Shown: positions 15,702 to 24,130 of the stretch, one piece after another | Layout: the number at the start of each line of letters is the position of its first letter | Numbering within the stretch: position 1 is the first letter of the stretch | Origin: Chloroflexota bacterium | GTDB taxonomy: Bacteria > Chloroflexota > Limnocylindria > QHBO01 | NCBI GenBank assembly: GCA_020848055.1 | Contig: JADLBB010000185.1 | Coordinates: 1 to 56,901, forward strand | DNA: 56,901 bases | Direction of reading: 5' to 3' | Made by a program: the position numbers and the translations under genes | The notes under the pieces: generated by a model | Told to the model about the DNA's origin: nothing | Seen by the model: only the letters and a program-made list of their open reading frames with translations | Databases searched by the model: none

Positions 15702-17229
15702 CGGCCTGCTCGGGCGCAGCACGGCGTTCGAACGACCCGCCGTCGTCCCACACGACGGGCCGCAGCACGCGTTCGTCGACAGCGACGCCGACATCGTCGT
15801 GTACGGCGGCGGCGCCGGCGGTGGCAAGACGTGGGGCCTGTTGATGGCGCCGCTGTTCCGCGGCGACGTCGACGTGCCTCGCTTCGGCGCCGTGGTGTTC
15901 CGCCGCACGTACCCGGACATCTTCGCGACCGGAAGCCTCTGGGACGAGGCGCAGATGCACTTCCCGGACCACGGCGCCGTGTTCCGGCAGACACCGCTGC
16001 CGGAGGCGCGCTTCCCGTCCGGCGCGACGATCCGCTTCAGCCACATGGAGCGCGAGGCCGACCGGCTGAACTGGAAGGGCTCGCAGATCCCGTACATCGC
16101 GTTCGACCAGCTGGAGGAGTTCACCGAGGGCCAGTTCTTCTACCTGATGAGCCGCAACCGCTCGACGGCGGGCGTTCGCCCTTACATGCGCGCCACCGTG
16201 AATCCCGACCCCGACAGCTGGGTGAAGCGCCTGCTCGCGCCGTGGGTGGACGAAGAGCACCCTGAGTACCCGTTCCCGCCGGGCGAACTGCGCTGGCTGA
16301 CGCGCGACGAGATCACCGACGACATCGTGTGGGTCGACGCCGCGTGGCGCGATGCCGACGGGCAGCCGGCGCGATCGATCACGTACATCCCGGCGACGAT
16401 CTACGACAACCCGACGCTGCTCACGAACAACCCGGAGTACCTGGCGGCGCTGCGCACGATGCCGCGCGTCGACCGCGCGCGGCTGCTCGACAGCGACTGG
16501 TCCATCCGCGAGGCGGCCGGCTTCATCGACGAGACGTGGTTCGAGATCGTCGACGAGGCGCCGGCCGGCCTCGAGCTCGTCGGCCGGTCCTGGGACATCG
16601 CCGGCACGCAGCAAGGCAAGGGTCGCGGCAAGGGCCGGGATCCGGACTGGACGGCCGGTCCGTTCATCGGCTTCAAGGACGGCGTCTGGTACATCGCCGA
16701 CCTGCACACGACGCGCGGCACGGCCAAGAGCGTCGACGATCTGATGGACCAGGTCGCCGCGCTCGACGGGCCGCTCGTGCCGATCCTCCTGCAGCAGGAC
16801 CCGGGCGAGGCAGGCAAGCGCGCCGTGGCGGCCCACAAGAAGCGCCTCGCCGGCCACGCGGTGCGGTCACGGCCTCCGACCGGCGACAAGGTCCAGCGCG
16901 CCCGCATCCTCGCATCGGCGGCCGAGGCCGGCAACGTGAAGCTGGTGCGCTACTGGCCGGCGCGGCCGGTCGACGACGACGAGCGCCGCGAGTTGCTGGC
17001 CCGCGCGATGGAGTGGATCCGCGCGTTCCTCGCCGAGGTGCGCGGCTTCCCCGACGGCGCGCACGACGACCGGATCGACGCAGTGTCGTGGGGGATGCTG
17101 ATGCTCTCCTTCCCCGACGAGAAGAAGGCCAAGCACAAGCCGATGCCGAAGGGCTTCACGCCCGACCGCTGGTTCAAAGCCGCCGGAAGCGACTGGCTGC
17201 GCGGCGCACCCAAGGGAGGACGATCATGA
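15679..17229 (+). CDS. terL: Terminase large subunit
   Basis: Walker A-like motif VVYGGGAGGGKTWG, a size of about 516 aa, a C-terminal nuclease-like region with acidic motifs (AHDDRIDA), and position upstream of the portal gene. The start is uncertain (alternative at 15604). Confidence 0.8.
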   Translation: MAVQAIADGLLGRSTAFERPAVVPHDGPQHAFVDSDADIVVYGGGAGGGKTWGLLMAPLFRGDVDVPRFGAVVFRRTYPDIFATGSLWDEAQMHFPDHGAVFRQTPLPEARFPSGATIRFSHMEREADRLNWKGSQIPYIAFDQLEEFTEGQFFYLMSRNRSTAGVRPYMRATVNPDPDSWVKRLLAPWVDEEHPEYPFPPGELRWLTRDEITDDIVWVDAAWRDADGQPARSITYIPATIYDNPTLLTNNPEYLAALRTMPRVDRARLLDSDWSIREAAGFIDETWFEIVDEAPAGLELVGRSWDIAGTQQGKGRGKGRDPDWTAGPFIGFKDGVWYIADLHTTRGTAKSVDDLMDQVAALDGPLVPILLQQDPGEAGKRAVAAHKKRLAGHAVRSRPPTGDKVQRARILASAAEAGNVKLVRYWPARPVDDDERRELLARAMEWIRAFLAEVRGFPDGAHDDRIDAVSWGMLMLSFPDEKKAKHKPMPKGFTPDRWFKAAGSDWLRGAPKGGRS

Positions 17230-17522
17230 CGTTCGAGGCGTACGATGCGTCGCAGCCGATCCGCGAGCTGCACCGGCTGCCGTTCTGGCCCGCGCTGGTC
17301 CTCGTGGCCAACGCCGAAGATGCGGCGGCGATGCTGGCGTTGGTGGCGTACGTGCAGCGGTGGCGGCCGTCGTTGGAGGCGCCGCAGGTCGAGGTGTGCC
17401 GCGTGGCGGGGGTGTGCAGGGCGGGGCGTCCGCGGGCGTTCAGGACGGTGGGGGAGGTGCCGGGGGGGTGGCTGGGCAGCAGCGCGCTGGCGACGTTGGC
17501 CGTGGGCGAGGTGGAGCGATGA
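17226..17522 (+). CDS. Hypothetical protein (98 aa)
   Basis: ATGA coupling to terL. The second half is encoded by a very G-rich tract, so coding status is uncertain. Confidence 0.4.
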   Translation: MTFEAYDASQPIRELHRLPFWPALVLVANAEDAAAMLALVAYVQRWRPSLEAPQVEVCRVAGVCRAGRPRAFRTVGEVPGGWLGSSALATLAVGEVER

Positions 17523-17791
17523 CGGCGGCGAACGGGGCGGGGCAGGCGCCGCGGCAGGGGGAGCCGGCGATGTCGCCGCGGACGCGGGTGGCGATCCTCA
17601 CGGTGCGGCGGGCGTTGATCATGATGGTGAACGCGCTTGGGGAGTTGGTGGGCCAGCCGGCAGTTCGCGTCGAGCTACTACGCCGGCCAACGCGTCGCCT
17701 TCCTAACGACGATCGGGCGACGAGTCAATCAGAATGCCAAGAGTCTAGCCCGGACCGGAGATCACTCCATGAACGCGAGGATAGCTTTTAG
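17519..17791 (+). CDS. Hypothetical protein (90 aa)
   Basis: ATGA coupling with the upstream gene. Its 3' end overlaps the convergent membrane gene by 30 nt. Confidence 0.35.
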   Translation: MTAANGAGQAPRQGEPAMSPRTRVAILTVRRALIMMVNALGELVGQPAVRVELLRRPTRRLPNDDRATSQSECQESSPDRRSLHEREDSF

Positions 17792-18352
17792 TAGCGCCAA
17801 GATCGCGGTCAGAAGGGAAACCATCCCCACGAGAATTCGCGCGAACACCTCCCAGCCACCTGGACGATTCTGGACGACAGCTTCGGCTTGCTCCTCGGGA
17901 TCGGGTGCTGGGGGGTCGCCCGATGGTGGTCGCTTCCACGCAAGGTAAGGCAGGCTACCGATCGCGAACGTGCCTCCAAGTGCGGCGAGAAGCAGCACTG
18001 CCAAACGAACAGCAGGCCGGAACAGTGCGATCTGGTCGGAGTATTCAGCCCAGGCAAGTATTCCTGACGGAAGGAGGAGCGCAAGGCCGACCCCGATGTA
18101 CGAGAGTCCTTCGTTCTTCAAGCTGCGTTCGAGTTCGATGAACGTGCCGACGAAGCTGAAGAACAAGACGACAGCCGTTAGTCCGTAAAGGATGTAGCTC
18201 CACGGGGCACCGAATCCGACATAGGGCGGTGCCGCAATTAGCAGGAGTCCAATCCAAAGCAGGATCCCCGCTACGGCGAACCCCCACGCAGGTGGTGTCT
18301 CTTTGCTGGTAGTGCCTTGAGGCTGCTCTGCGGGCCGCTCATCTTCGGGCAT
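17762..18352 (-). CDS. Polytopic membrane protein, reverse-strand moron between terL and portal
   Basis: Visibly lower GC than its surroundings. Four or more TM helices (WGFAVAGILLWIGLLLIAA, YILYGLTAVVLFFSFVGTFI, YIGVGLALLLPSGILAW, LAVLLLAALGGTFAIGSL, ILVGMVSLLTAILALL). AAAGGAAAG lies upstream of the ATG at 18352 (an alternative start lies at 18418). Confidence 0.7.
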   Translation of the reverse strand: MPEDERPAEQPQGTTSKETPPAWGFAVAGILLWIGLLLIAAPPYVGFGAPWSYILYGLTAVVLFFSFVGTFIELERSLKNEGLSYIGVGLALLLPSGILAWAEYSDQIALFRPAVRLAVLLLAALGGTFAIGSLPYLAWKRPPSGDPPAPDPEEQAEAVVQNRPGGWEVFARILVGMVSLLTAILALLKAILAFME

Positions 18353-18411
18353 CGTCTTTCCTTTCGTGAGCAGCAATGCATACGTCGATGTCGCGGCATG
18401 AGTTTCGGGGG

Positions 18412-18440
18412 TTGACATCGTGCGGCCAGTTCCTTATACT
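18412..18440 (+). promoter_or_regulatory. Near-consensus sigma70 promoter facing the portal/late genes
   Basis: TTGACA-N17-TATACT, read directly. Confidence 0.6.
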
Positions 18441-18446
18441 CGTTAC

Positions 18447-18583
18447 ACCGGTCACGCCTGGTGTCGTCCTTGGCCCAGTCCGTGACCCTCATACAGGGCC
18501 GCACCGGCATACGCCGGCCCCGCCCGCCTCGAAGTAAGGCCGCACCCCCTGGTCCCGCCCGAAACTGGGCGGGCTTTGTCTTT
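18447..18583 (+). ncRNA. Candidate short structured leader/sRNA of about 135 nt (promoter to intrinsic terminator)
   Basis: It lies between the TTGACA/TATACT promoter and a canonical terminator. Internal stems include ggtcacg/cgtgacc and ccggc-atac-gccgg. No ORF with an SD is present. Confidence 0.35.
18554..18583 (+). terminator. Canonical intrinsic terminator just upstream of the portal gene
   Basis: cccgccc-gaaact-gggcggg followed by cTTTgTcTTT. Confidence 0.6.
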
Positions 18584-18594
18584 AACCAGGCGGT

Positions 18595-21381
18595 GTGATG
18601 GCTTCGAACCCCAACGGCGGTCAGCTCACGCTGGCCCAACTGCAGAGGCTCCGAGCACGGCGCGACCGCGGCGAGATCACCGCCAAGGCCTACGCGCGTG
18701 CCGTCGCCGCTGCCCAGGCCGGCCGCCTCGAGCCCGTCGCGTACGAGACCGCACCGCGCGTCGCCGTACCACAAGGCATGACGCAGGGAACGGCACGCGG
18801 CGTCACGCCTCGTTATGCCCGCGCAGACGACGCCGACCCACAGCCACTCACACGCGCCCTCCTCGCCCCCGGCCGCCAGTCCGTCGTCCTCGCCGCCAAG
18901 GGCGCCACCACCACCGACACGACCGTTCCGCGCCCGGACTACCTCAAGCCAGGCGCGCAGAAGAGCCTGCGTCGCATCGCCGACGTCAACCCGGACGCGT
19001 CACTCGCCCTGTCCCACATCCGCCGTCTGGCCATGACGGACCACCGCGTGCGCGTGCTGGCCGTCGGACCGGACGGGCCGCTGGAGGAAGAGCACGAGGA
19101 GGGGATGCGCGAGATCGCGCAGTTCCTCGCGCGGTGCTTCCGGACGTTCGAAGGCGGCGGTGTCACGGCGATGATGAGCGTCGGCCTGGACAGTGCGGCC
19201 ACCGGCGGCGCCGTCGCCGTCGAGCTCGATGTGGCGCCGAGCCGCGCCGACGTGCGCGACATCTGGATGGTGGATCCCGGCATCGTCGAGATGGAGCGCG
19301 TGCGGGAGGGCGAGACCGAAACGATCATCCCCGTCCTGACGGACGGCATGGGTGGCAAGGGTAAGCCGTTCAACCTCAACCAGTTCGCGTACATCGGCCT
19401 GGACACGAACACGAAGCAGCCGCACGGCAAGCCGTGGTTCGCGCCGGCCCTGGACACGACGCTGCCGCAGCACGAGATGCGCAACACCCTCCAGGCGGTC
19501 GTGAAGAACCAGGGGTTCGGACGGCTGGCAGCGAAGGTCAGCTGGGACCGCATCGCCGAGCTGATGCCGGACACGGTCGCCTCTGGCAACGAGGCGGCCG
19601 CGTTCATCGAGCAGGTGATGGACGGCGTGCGCCGCTCGCTGGAGCGGCTCGAGGCGGACGATACGGTCATCCATCCGGACTTCGTCGCCCTCGACTACTA
19701 CGGCGCGAACCACAGCGGTAACAGCTTCCGGCCCAAGGACCTGTCGGACATTTACGACACGGACCAGGGCGCCGCGGTGAAGACGCCGCTCGCGCTGCTC
19801 GGCCGCTCGACCGGCAACGCGCTGTCCAGCAACGCCGACATCCACTGGGTCGTGTACGCCCTGTCCGTCGAGGCGCTGCGCGACCTGGTCAACCGCGCCA
19901 TCCAGTGGGCGCTGTCGCAGGTCCTGCGGATCAAGGGAATCCCCGCCGTCGTGGTTATCGAGTGGGATCCCATCCGCAAGGAGGACCGCGTCGCCGAGGC
20001 GAACGCCAGCAAGGCGGAGCACGAGGCCGTGCTCGCCATGTGGGACCGCGGACTGATCGACGATGAGACGGCGCGCGAGCGGCTCGGCTACCCGGAGCCG
20101 CAGGGGGCGAACACTCGCCCGGCTCCAGCGGCTGCCAACGCCGCAACGCCGCCCGCTCGCGGCGATGCCGAGGACGCCGACGCCGACCCGGCCGCCCGCT
20201 TCACCGGCCTCGTGAAATGTACCAAGTGCGGCGGCACGTCGTGGCGCCGGACCACGAAGCACCGGCAGCAGTGCCTCGGCTGCGGCGCGTACCAGTCCAA
20301 GCCGCCGCAGGACAAGGGCGACGACGCGGAGCGCGCTCCGCTCGACCCGTGGGCTGGCGTCTGGCGGTTCGCCGGCACGCTCCCCGCCGCCGACACCGAC
20401 GCGTTCCTCAGCGCCTACGTCGACGCCGTCGGCGAGGCGAACCACGTCTCGCTGTGCGGCTGCCAGGCGTGCCGAGCCGAGCGCGAGCCGGTGCGCGGGC
20501 CGGCGTTCCAGCCGAAGAACACGACGCCCGTCAGCGCGGTCGAACTCGCCCAGGAGTTCACGCACATCGACGACGGTGACGTGCGCGCTGCGGTCGAGGC
20601 TTGGCGAGCGTGGGCGCGGCGAGCGGCGCCGCGGTACGTGCGGCTGCTGGACGCGGTGCTCGCCGAGGACGAGGACGACGAGGACCGCGTCGACCGCGCG
20701 CCGGCAACGAGCGCGCCGGACTACGAGTGGGACCTCGTCACGCAGCGGTTCCGCGACCAGAGCAACGGCCGGTTCGTCGGCGAGGCCGTCGTCAACAACC
20801 TTCTCGAACGGCGGATCCGGGACGTCGAGCGGGACATCGACCGGCTCACCACGCGCCTGCTCGACAACCGCATGAACCCGGCCGAGTTCGGCCGCGGCAT
20901 GGCGTCGCTCCTGCGCGACGCGCACCTCGCCGCGCGCGAGCTGGCCGTGGGCGGCGCCGAGCGGATGACGGCTCGGCACAACGGCTCGGTTGGCGGCTAC
21001 ATGCGCTACGACACGGACCACCTCGCCGGGTTCGTGAACGCGATCGCGCGCGGCGACCTGTCGCCCGAGCAGATCCGCGCGCGCGGCCGGCTGTACGCCG
21101 GCGCCAACCTGCGGCGCGAGTTCGACCGTGGGCGCGCGTGGGCGCACGAGGAAGCTGGCTACACCGAGGAGCGCCGAGTCCTGCGGCAGGGCGCCGCGCA
21201 CTGCAAGGGCTGCGCGGATGAGGCGGCGCGCAGCTGGATGGCCATCGGCACCGGCACGCCGATCGGCGGGCACGAGTGCGGGCCGAACGACATGTGCGGG
21301 CGCGAGTACCGCTTCGACAAGAACCGCCGCTACCCGCCGCGACGCATCGACGCGCCGCGCGCGGTGCCGGCCCACGCGTAG
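18595..21381 (+). CDS. Portal protein fused to a MuF/SPP1-gp7-like head morphogenesis domain (928 aa)
   Basis: The N-terminal region of about 500 aa is portal-like by position and size. A central zinc ribbon reads KCTKCGG...CLGCG. The C-terminus (MRYDTDHLAGFVNAI...RLYAGANLRREFDRGRAWAHEEAGYTEERRVL...HCKGCADEA..W..IG...PIGGHECGPNDMCGREY) matches the minor-head-protein (Phage_Mu_F) pattern. The start is GTG at 18595 or ATG at 18598. Confidence 0.7.
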   Translation: MMASNPNGGQLTLAQLQRLRARRDRGEITAKAYARAVAAAQAGRLEPVAYETAPRVAVPQGMTQGTARGVTPRYARADDADPQPLTRALLAPGRQSVVLAAKGATTTDTTVPRPDYLKPGAQKSLRRIADVNPDASLALSHIRRLAMTDHRVRVLAVGPDGPLEEEHEEGMREIAQFLARCFRTFEGGGVTAMMSVGLDSAATGGAVAVELDVAPSRADVRDIWMVDPGIVEMERVREGETETIIPVLTDGMGGKGKPFNLNQFAYIGLDTNTKQPHGKPWFAPALDTTLPQHEMRNTLQAVVKNQGFGRLAAKVSWDRIAELMPDTVASGNEAAAFIEQVMDGVRRSLERLEADDTVIHPDFVALDYYGANHSGNSFRPKDLSDIYDTDQGAAVKTPLALLGRSTGNALSSNADIHWVVYALSVEALRDLVNRAIQWALSQVLRIKGIPAVVVIEWDPIRKEDRVAEANASKAEHEAVLAMWDRGLIDDETARERLGYPEPQGANTRPAPAAANAATPPARGDAEDADADPAARFTGLVKCTKCGGTSWRRTTKHRQQCLGCGAYQSKPPQDKGDDAERAPLDPWAGVWRFAGTLPAADTDAFLSAYVDAVGEANHVSLCGCQACRAEREPVRGPAFQPKNTTPVSAVELAQEFTHIDDGDVRAAVEAWRAWARRAAPRYVRLLDAVLAEDEDDEDRVDRAPATSAPDYEWDLVTQRFRDQSNGRFVGEAVVNNLLERRIRDVERDIDRLTTRLLDNRMNPAEFGRGMASLLRDAHLAARELAVGGAERMTARHNGSVGGYMRYDTDHLAGFVNAIARGDLSPEQIRARGRLYAGANLRREFDRGRAWAHEEAGYTEERRVLRQGAAHCKGCADEAARSWMAIGTGTPIGGHECGPNDMCGREYRFDKNRRYPPRRIDAPRAVPAHA

Positions 21382-21390
21382 GAGGCGCTC

Positions 21391-21756
21391 GTGAGGGACC
21401 GACCCGTGATCGAAGTCCACAGCGGCGACATCGCCCTTCTCACCTTCGAGGTGGTCGACGAGGACGGCGACGCCGTCAACCTGTCCACCGCCACGGACAT
21501 CGACGTGCAGCTCTTCGCCATCGGCGTTGGCGGTGTGCCAACCGGCGCGGCCGTGCTTGCCGAGAACCTCGCCGGCGACGTCGACCTGGTCGGCGGCGGG
21601 ACGGCCGGCAAGTGCTCGCTGGCCCTCGCCGCAGTCGACACCGCCGCGCTGGCCGGCGACTACTGGATCGAGGTGCGCGTCGAGGACGCCGCCGGCCTCT
21701 TCCGAACGGCCACGCCGTGCACGCTGCGGGTGCTGGGGGACCTGATCACCTCATGA
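21391..21756 (+). CDS. Small beta-rich (Ig-like?) virion-associated protein, paralog A
   Basis: GTG start. Shares DGDAVNLS...LVGGGTAG...DTAALAGDYWIEVRVE with the next gene. Confidence 0.55.
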   Translation: MRDRPVIEVHSGDIALLTFEVVDEDGDAVNLSTATDIDVQLFAIGVGGVPTGAAVLAENLAGDVDLVGGGTAGKCSLALAAVDTAALAGDYWIEVRVEDAAGLFRTATPCTLRVLGDLITS

Positions 21757-22142
21757 CGACCCGAGTCACCGTCTACCACCTGACCAAGTCCATCACCGTT
21801 CGGGAGGGCCGCGCCAACCGGATCGTCGTCAAGGCGCGCCAAGCCAACGACCTCGTGCTGCGCTTCACGGTCATCGACGCCGACGGCGACGCCGTGGACA
21901 TCAGCGGCTACACGACGCGCGCGTTCGGCGTGTACCCGCTGGAGAGCGGCACCGCCACGTTCAGCAAGACGCCCTCGCTCGTCGGCGGCGGCACCGGCGG
22001 GCAGATGGACGTAACGATCACCGACACCGACCTGGCCGCCCTTGCGGGCGACTACCGTCTCGAGCTGCAGGTGGAAGGTACGGGCTTCAAGCAGACGCTC
22101 GTGACCGGCCTCCTCAAGCTCGACGCGACGTTCGTGAGCTAG
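21753..22142 (+). CDS. Small beta-rich (Ig-like?) virion-associated protein, paralog B
   Basis: ATGA coupling with the upstream gene. DGDAVDIS...LVGGGTGG...DLAALAGDYRLELQVE parallels the upstream gene. Confidence 0.55.
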   Translation: MTTRVTVYHLTKSITVREGRANRIVVKARQANDLVLRFTVIDADGDAVDISGYTTRAFGVYPLESGTATFSKTPSLVGGGTGGQMDVTITDTDLAALAGDYRLELQVEGTGFKQTLVTGLLKLDATFVS

Positions 22143-22145
22143 GCG

Positions 22146-23606
22146 ATGAGCGAGGAGATGCTCGACGTCTTCACGACCGGCGACATCGTCGTCGATCGCG
22201 CCGACGGCGTCGCACCGGGAACGCCGGCCGTCGAGGACCTGCGGGCGATCAACGCGCGCGTCGCGGTGGCGCCGCTGTCGGCCGAGCAGGTGTTCGTATT
22301 CCGCGTCGAGATGTCGAACACGGAGCTGGACACGTACGGCACGTGGTTCGACGTCTCATCGCTTCGGAACTTCGCCCGCGACTGCAGCGCGCCGCGTGGC
22401 GTGCCGCTGTTCCGCAACCACGCCACCAGCCCGTGGTTCGGCATGCAGGATCCGCACGGCCGCTTCTTCTCGGCGCTCGTCGAGGAGGTGACCACGCAGC
22501 GCGACCCGTCCAAGGACAAGACACCGTTCGCCCGTGACCTCTTCAACCGGGCGAAGGGCCAGAGCCTGCGCGTCGTCGAGTCCGCCTTCCTCGTGCGCGA
22601 CGCCGCGCCCAACGGCTATCCGAACGCCGAGATCATCCTCGGCCTCGTCAGCGGCACCGCTGGCGCCGCGTCCATCGGGGCGACGATCGATCCCGTCCGC
22701 GCGCCCGGCGCCGACCTCATCGACGACATCACGGGCCTGTCGGTCATGTCGCCCGAGTGCCCGTACTTCCCGATGGCCAAGTACGAGGTCGACGGGAAGC
22801 TGGTGCGCGCCACCGCCCACTTCACCGCGGCGCGCCAGCGCGAGGGCAGCCTCGTGCCAATCGGCGCCAACCCGCGCGCGATGGCCCAGCGCAGCGGCTT
22901 CGAGACCGCGATGCTGAACCGCGCCTCGGAGCTGGTCAACGCCAACCGCCTCGACCCCCGCGAGGCCACGTGGCTGGAGAGCGTCTACGGCGGCCACATC
23001 TTGCCGCCGCGTCACCACAGCATCCCCGCCCCCGCGCCGCGCACCGAGGCGGCGACCACGCATGAGGAGCAGCCGATGGCCGATCCCGCCCCCACGGGCG
23101 GCACGCAGCCGCCCGCCTCGTCCACCCCGAACCTCGACACGTTCGACCAGCTGCGCACCGAGCTCGACGAGGCGCGCAGCACCATCGCCACCCTGGAGCA
23201 GCGCGCGATCCAGGGTGAGCAGCGGGCGAGCGGCCTCGAGCGCTCGATCACCGACGCCGTCGGCCTCGAGGACGGCGAGGAGCCGGCGGAGGCGATCGCG
23301 CGCGCGGCCGGCCTCATCACGTTCGGCCGCGCGTACCGCGGCGACCTCGAGGAGCAGATGGTGCGCGCGTACGTCCGGGCACACGGCCTGGCGGACGGCT
23401 TCGACCGCGCGCGCATCGTCGGCCGCGCCGCGCACTGGTCGCCGGACCAGGTGAAGGAGGAGATCGCCTCGCTCCAGCGCCTGGCCGCCAGCCAGTTCAA
23501 GCCCGGTACGACGGCGCCGCGCGAAGTCGATCGCCGCGGCGGCGACGCGCCGGCCGAGCAGCCCAAGCGGCCGACGACCGGCAGCCCGTCGCTCTACCGC
23601 AGCTAG
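22146..23606 (+). CDS. Prohead protease (S78/HK97-like) fused to a coiled-coil scaffold region
   Basis: The VPLFRNH..S motif and surrounding region resemble HK97-family prohead proteases. The C-terminal third is a helical, charged scaffold-like region (LDTFDQLRTELDEARSTIATLEQRAIQGEQR). It lies between the portal and capsid genes. Confidence 0.55.
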   Translation: MSEEMLDVFTTGDIVVDRADGVAPGTPAVEDLRAINARVAVAPLSAEQVFVFRVEMSNTELDTYGTWFDVSSLRNFARDCSAPRGVPLFRNHATSPWFGMQDPHGRFFSALVEEVTTQRDPSKDKTPFARDLFNRAKGQSLRVVESAFLVRDAAPNGYPNAEIILGLVSGTAGAASIGATIDPVRAPGADLIDDITGLSVMSPECPYFPMAKYEVDGKLVRATAHFTAARQREGSLVPIGANPRAMAQRSGFETAMLNRASELVNANRLDPREATWLESVYGGHILPPRHHSIPAPAPRTEAATTHEEQPMADPAPTGGTQPPASSTPNLDTFDQLRTELDEARSTIATLEQRAIQGEQRASGLERSITDAVGLEDGEEPAEAIARAAGLITFGRAYRGDLEEQMVRAYVRAHGLADGFDRARIVGRAAHWSPDQVKEEIASLQRLAASQFKPGTTAPREVDRRGGDAPAEQPKRPTTGSPSLYRS

Positions 23607-23654
23607 TCCGCCCCGATCCCTCCCGCCTGAACACGCACCGCCAAGGAGAAGCGC

Positions 23655-24080
23655 ATGGCCGAGAACCGCAACGTGGAGTACGACGGCATCGGCGCCGAGT
23701 ACGCCCCCTTCGAGATCGACGGCGTGACGATCACGCACGACGACGACGAGACCGGCGGCAGCGCCCAGGTGGGCCTGGCCGTCACGATGACCGACGACAA
23801 GGAGGTGGGCCTCACCGAGGACGCCGACCCCGTGAAGGGGATCCTGGTTTCGGTCGAAGGCGACGGCCGCTGCCTGGTCCAGACCGGTGGCTACATGGAG
23901 CTGCCGAAGGGGGACGGCGCCACCTACACCCTCGGCGGCCAGCTGGTCGGCGACCTCGGCGCGGCCAGCGCCAAGGGCTACGTTCGGGGTGTGAACTCCG
24001 CCGTGGCCGCCGAGCTCGCCGTGGCGCGCGGCGAGGTGATCGACGAGAGCGACGCCGACGTCGTCGGCGCGATCCTCTGA
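23655..24080 (+). CDS. Putative head decoration/DUF2190-like protein
   Basis: AAGGAG upstream. 141 aa, Gly/Val-rich and probably beta-rich, immediately upstream of the capsid gene. Confidence 0.4.
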   Translation: MAENRNVEYDGIGAEYAPFEIDGVTITHDDDETGGSAQVGLAVTMTDDKEVGLTEDADPVKGILVSVEGDGRCLVQTGGYMELPKGDGATYTLGGQLVGDLGAASAKGYVRGVNSAVAAELAVARGEVIDESDADVVGAIL

Positions 24081-24130
24081 CACGCGCCCGCCGCGATCCT
24101 CCCACCTGATCCACCCAAGGAGCACCACCC

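Noticed and set aside
18353-18418. Longer 218-aa version of the reverse-strand membrane gene
   Set aside because: The extra 22 codons have no SD and would overlap the strong plus-strand TTGACA/TATACT promoter. The internal ATG at 18352 has an AAAGGAAAG ribosome-binding site. The longer form is retained only as an alternative.
19000-21420. 806-aa minus-strand ORF
   Set aside because: It is antisense to the portal-MuF gene, which carries recognisable motifs. It is a high-GC shadow ORF.
22356-24128. 590-aa minus-strand ORF, and similar long antisense ORFs at 28665-30203, 31459-33760, 36292-37983, 37389-39044 and 44631-46004
   Set aside because: All overlap better-supported structural or lysis genes on the plus strand. 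They show Arg/Gly/Ala/Pro bias and lack ribosome-binding sites.
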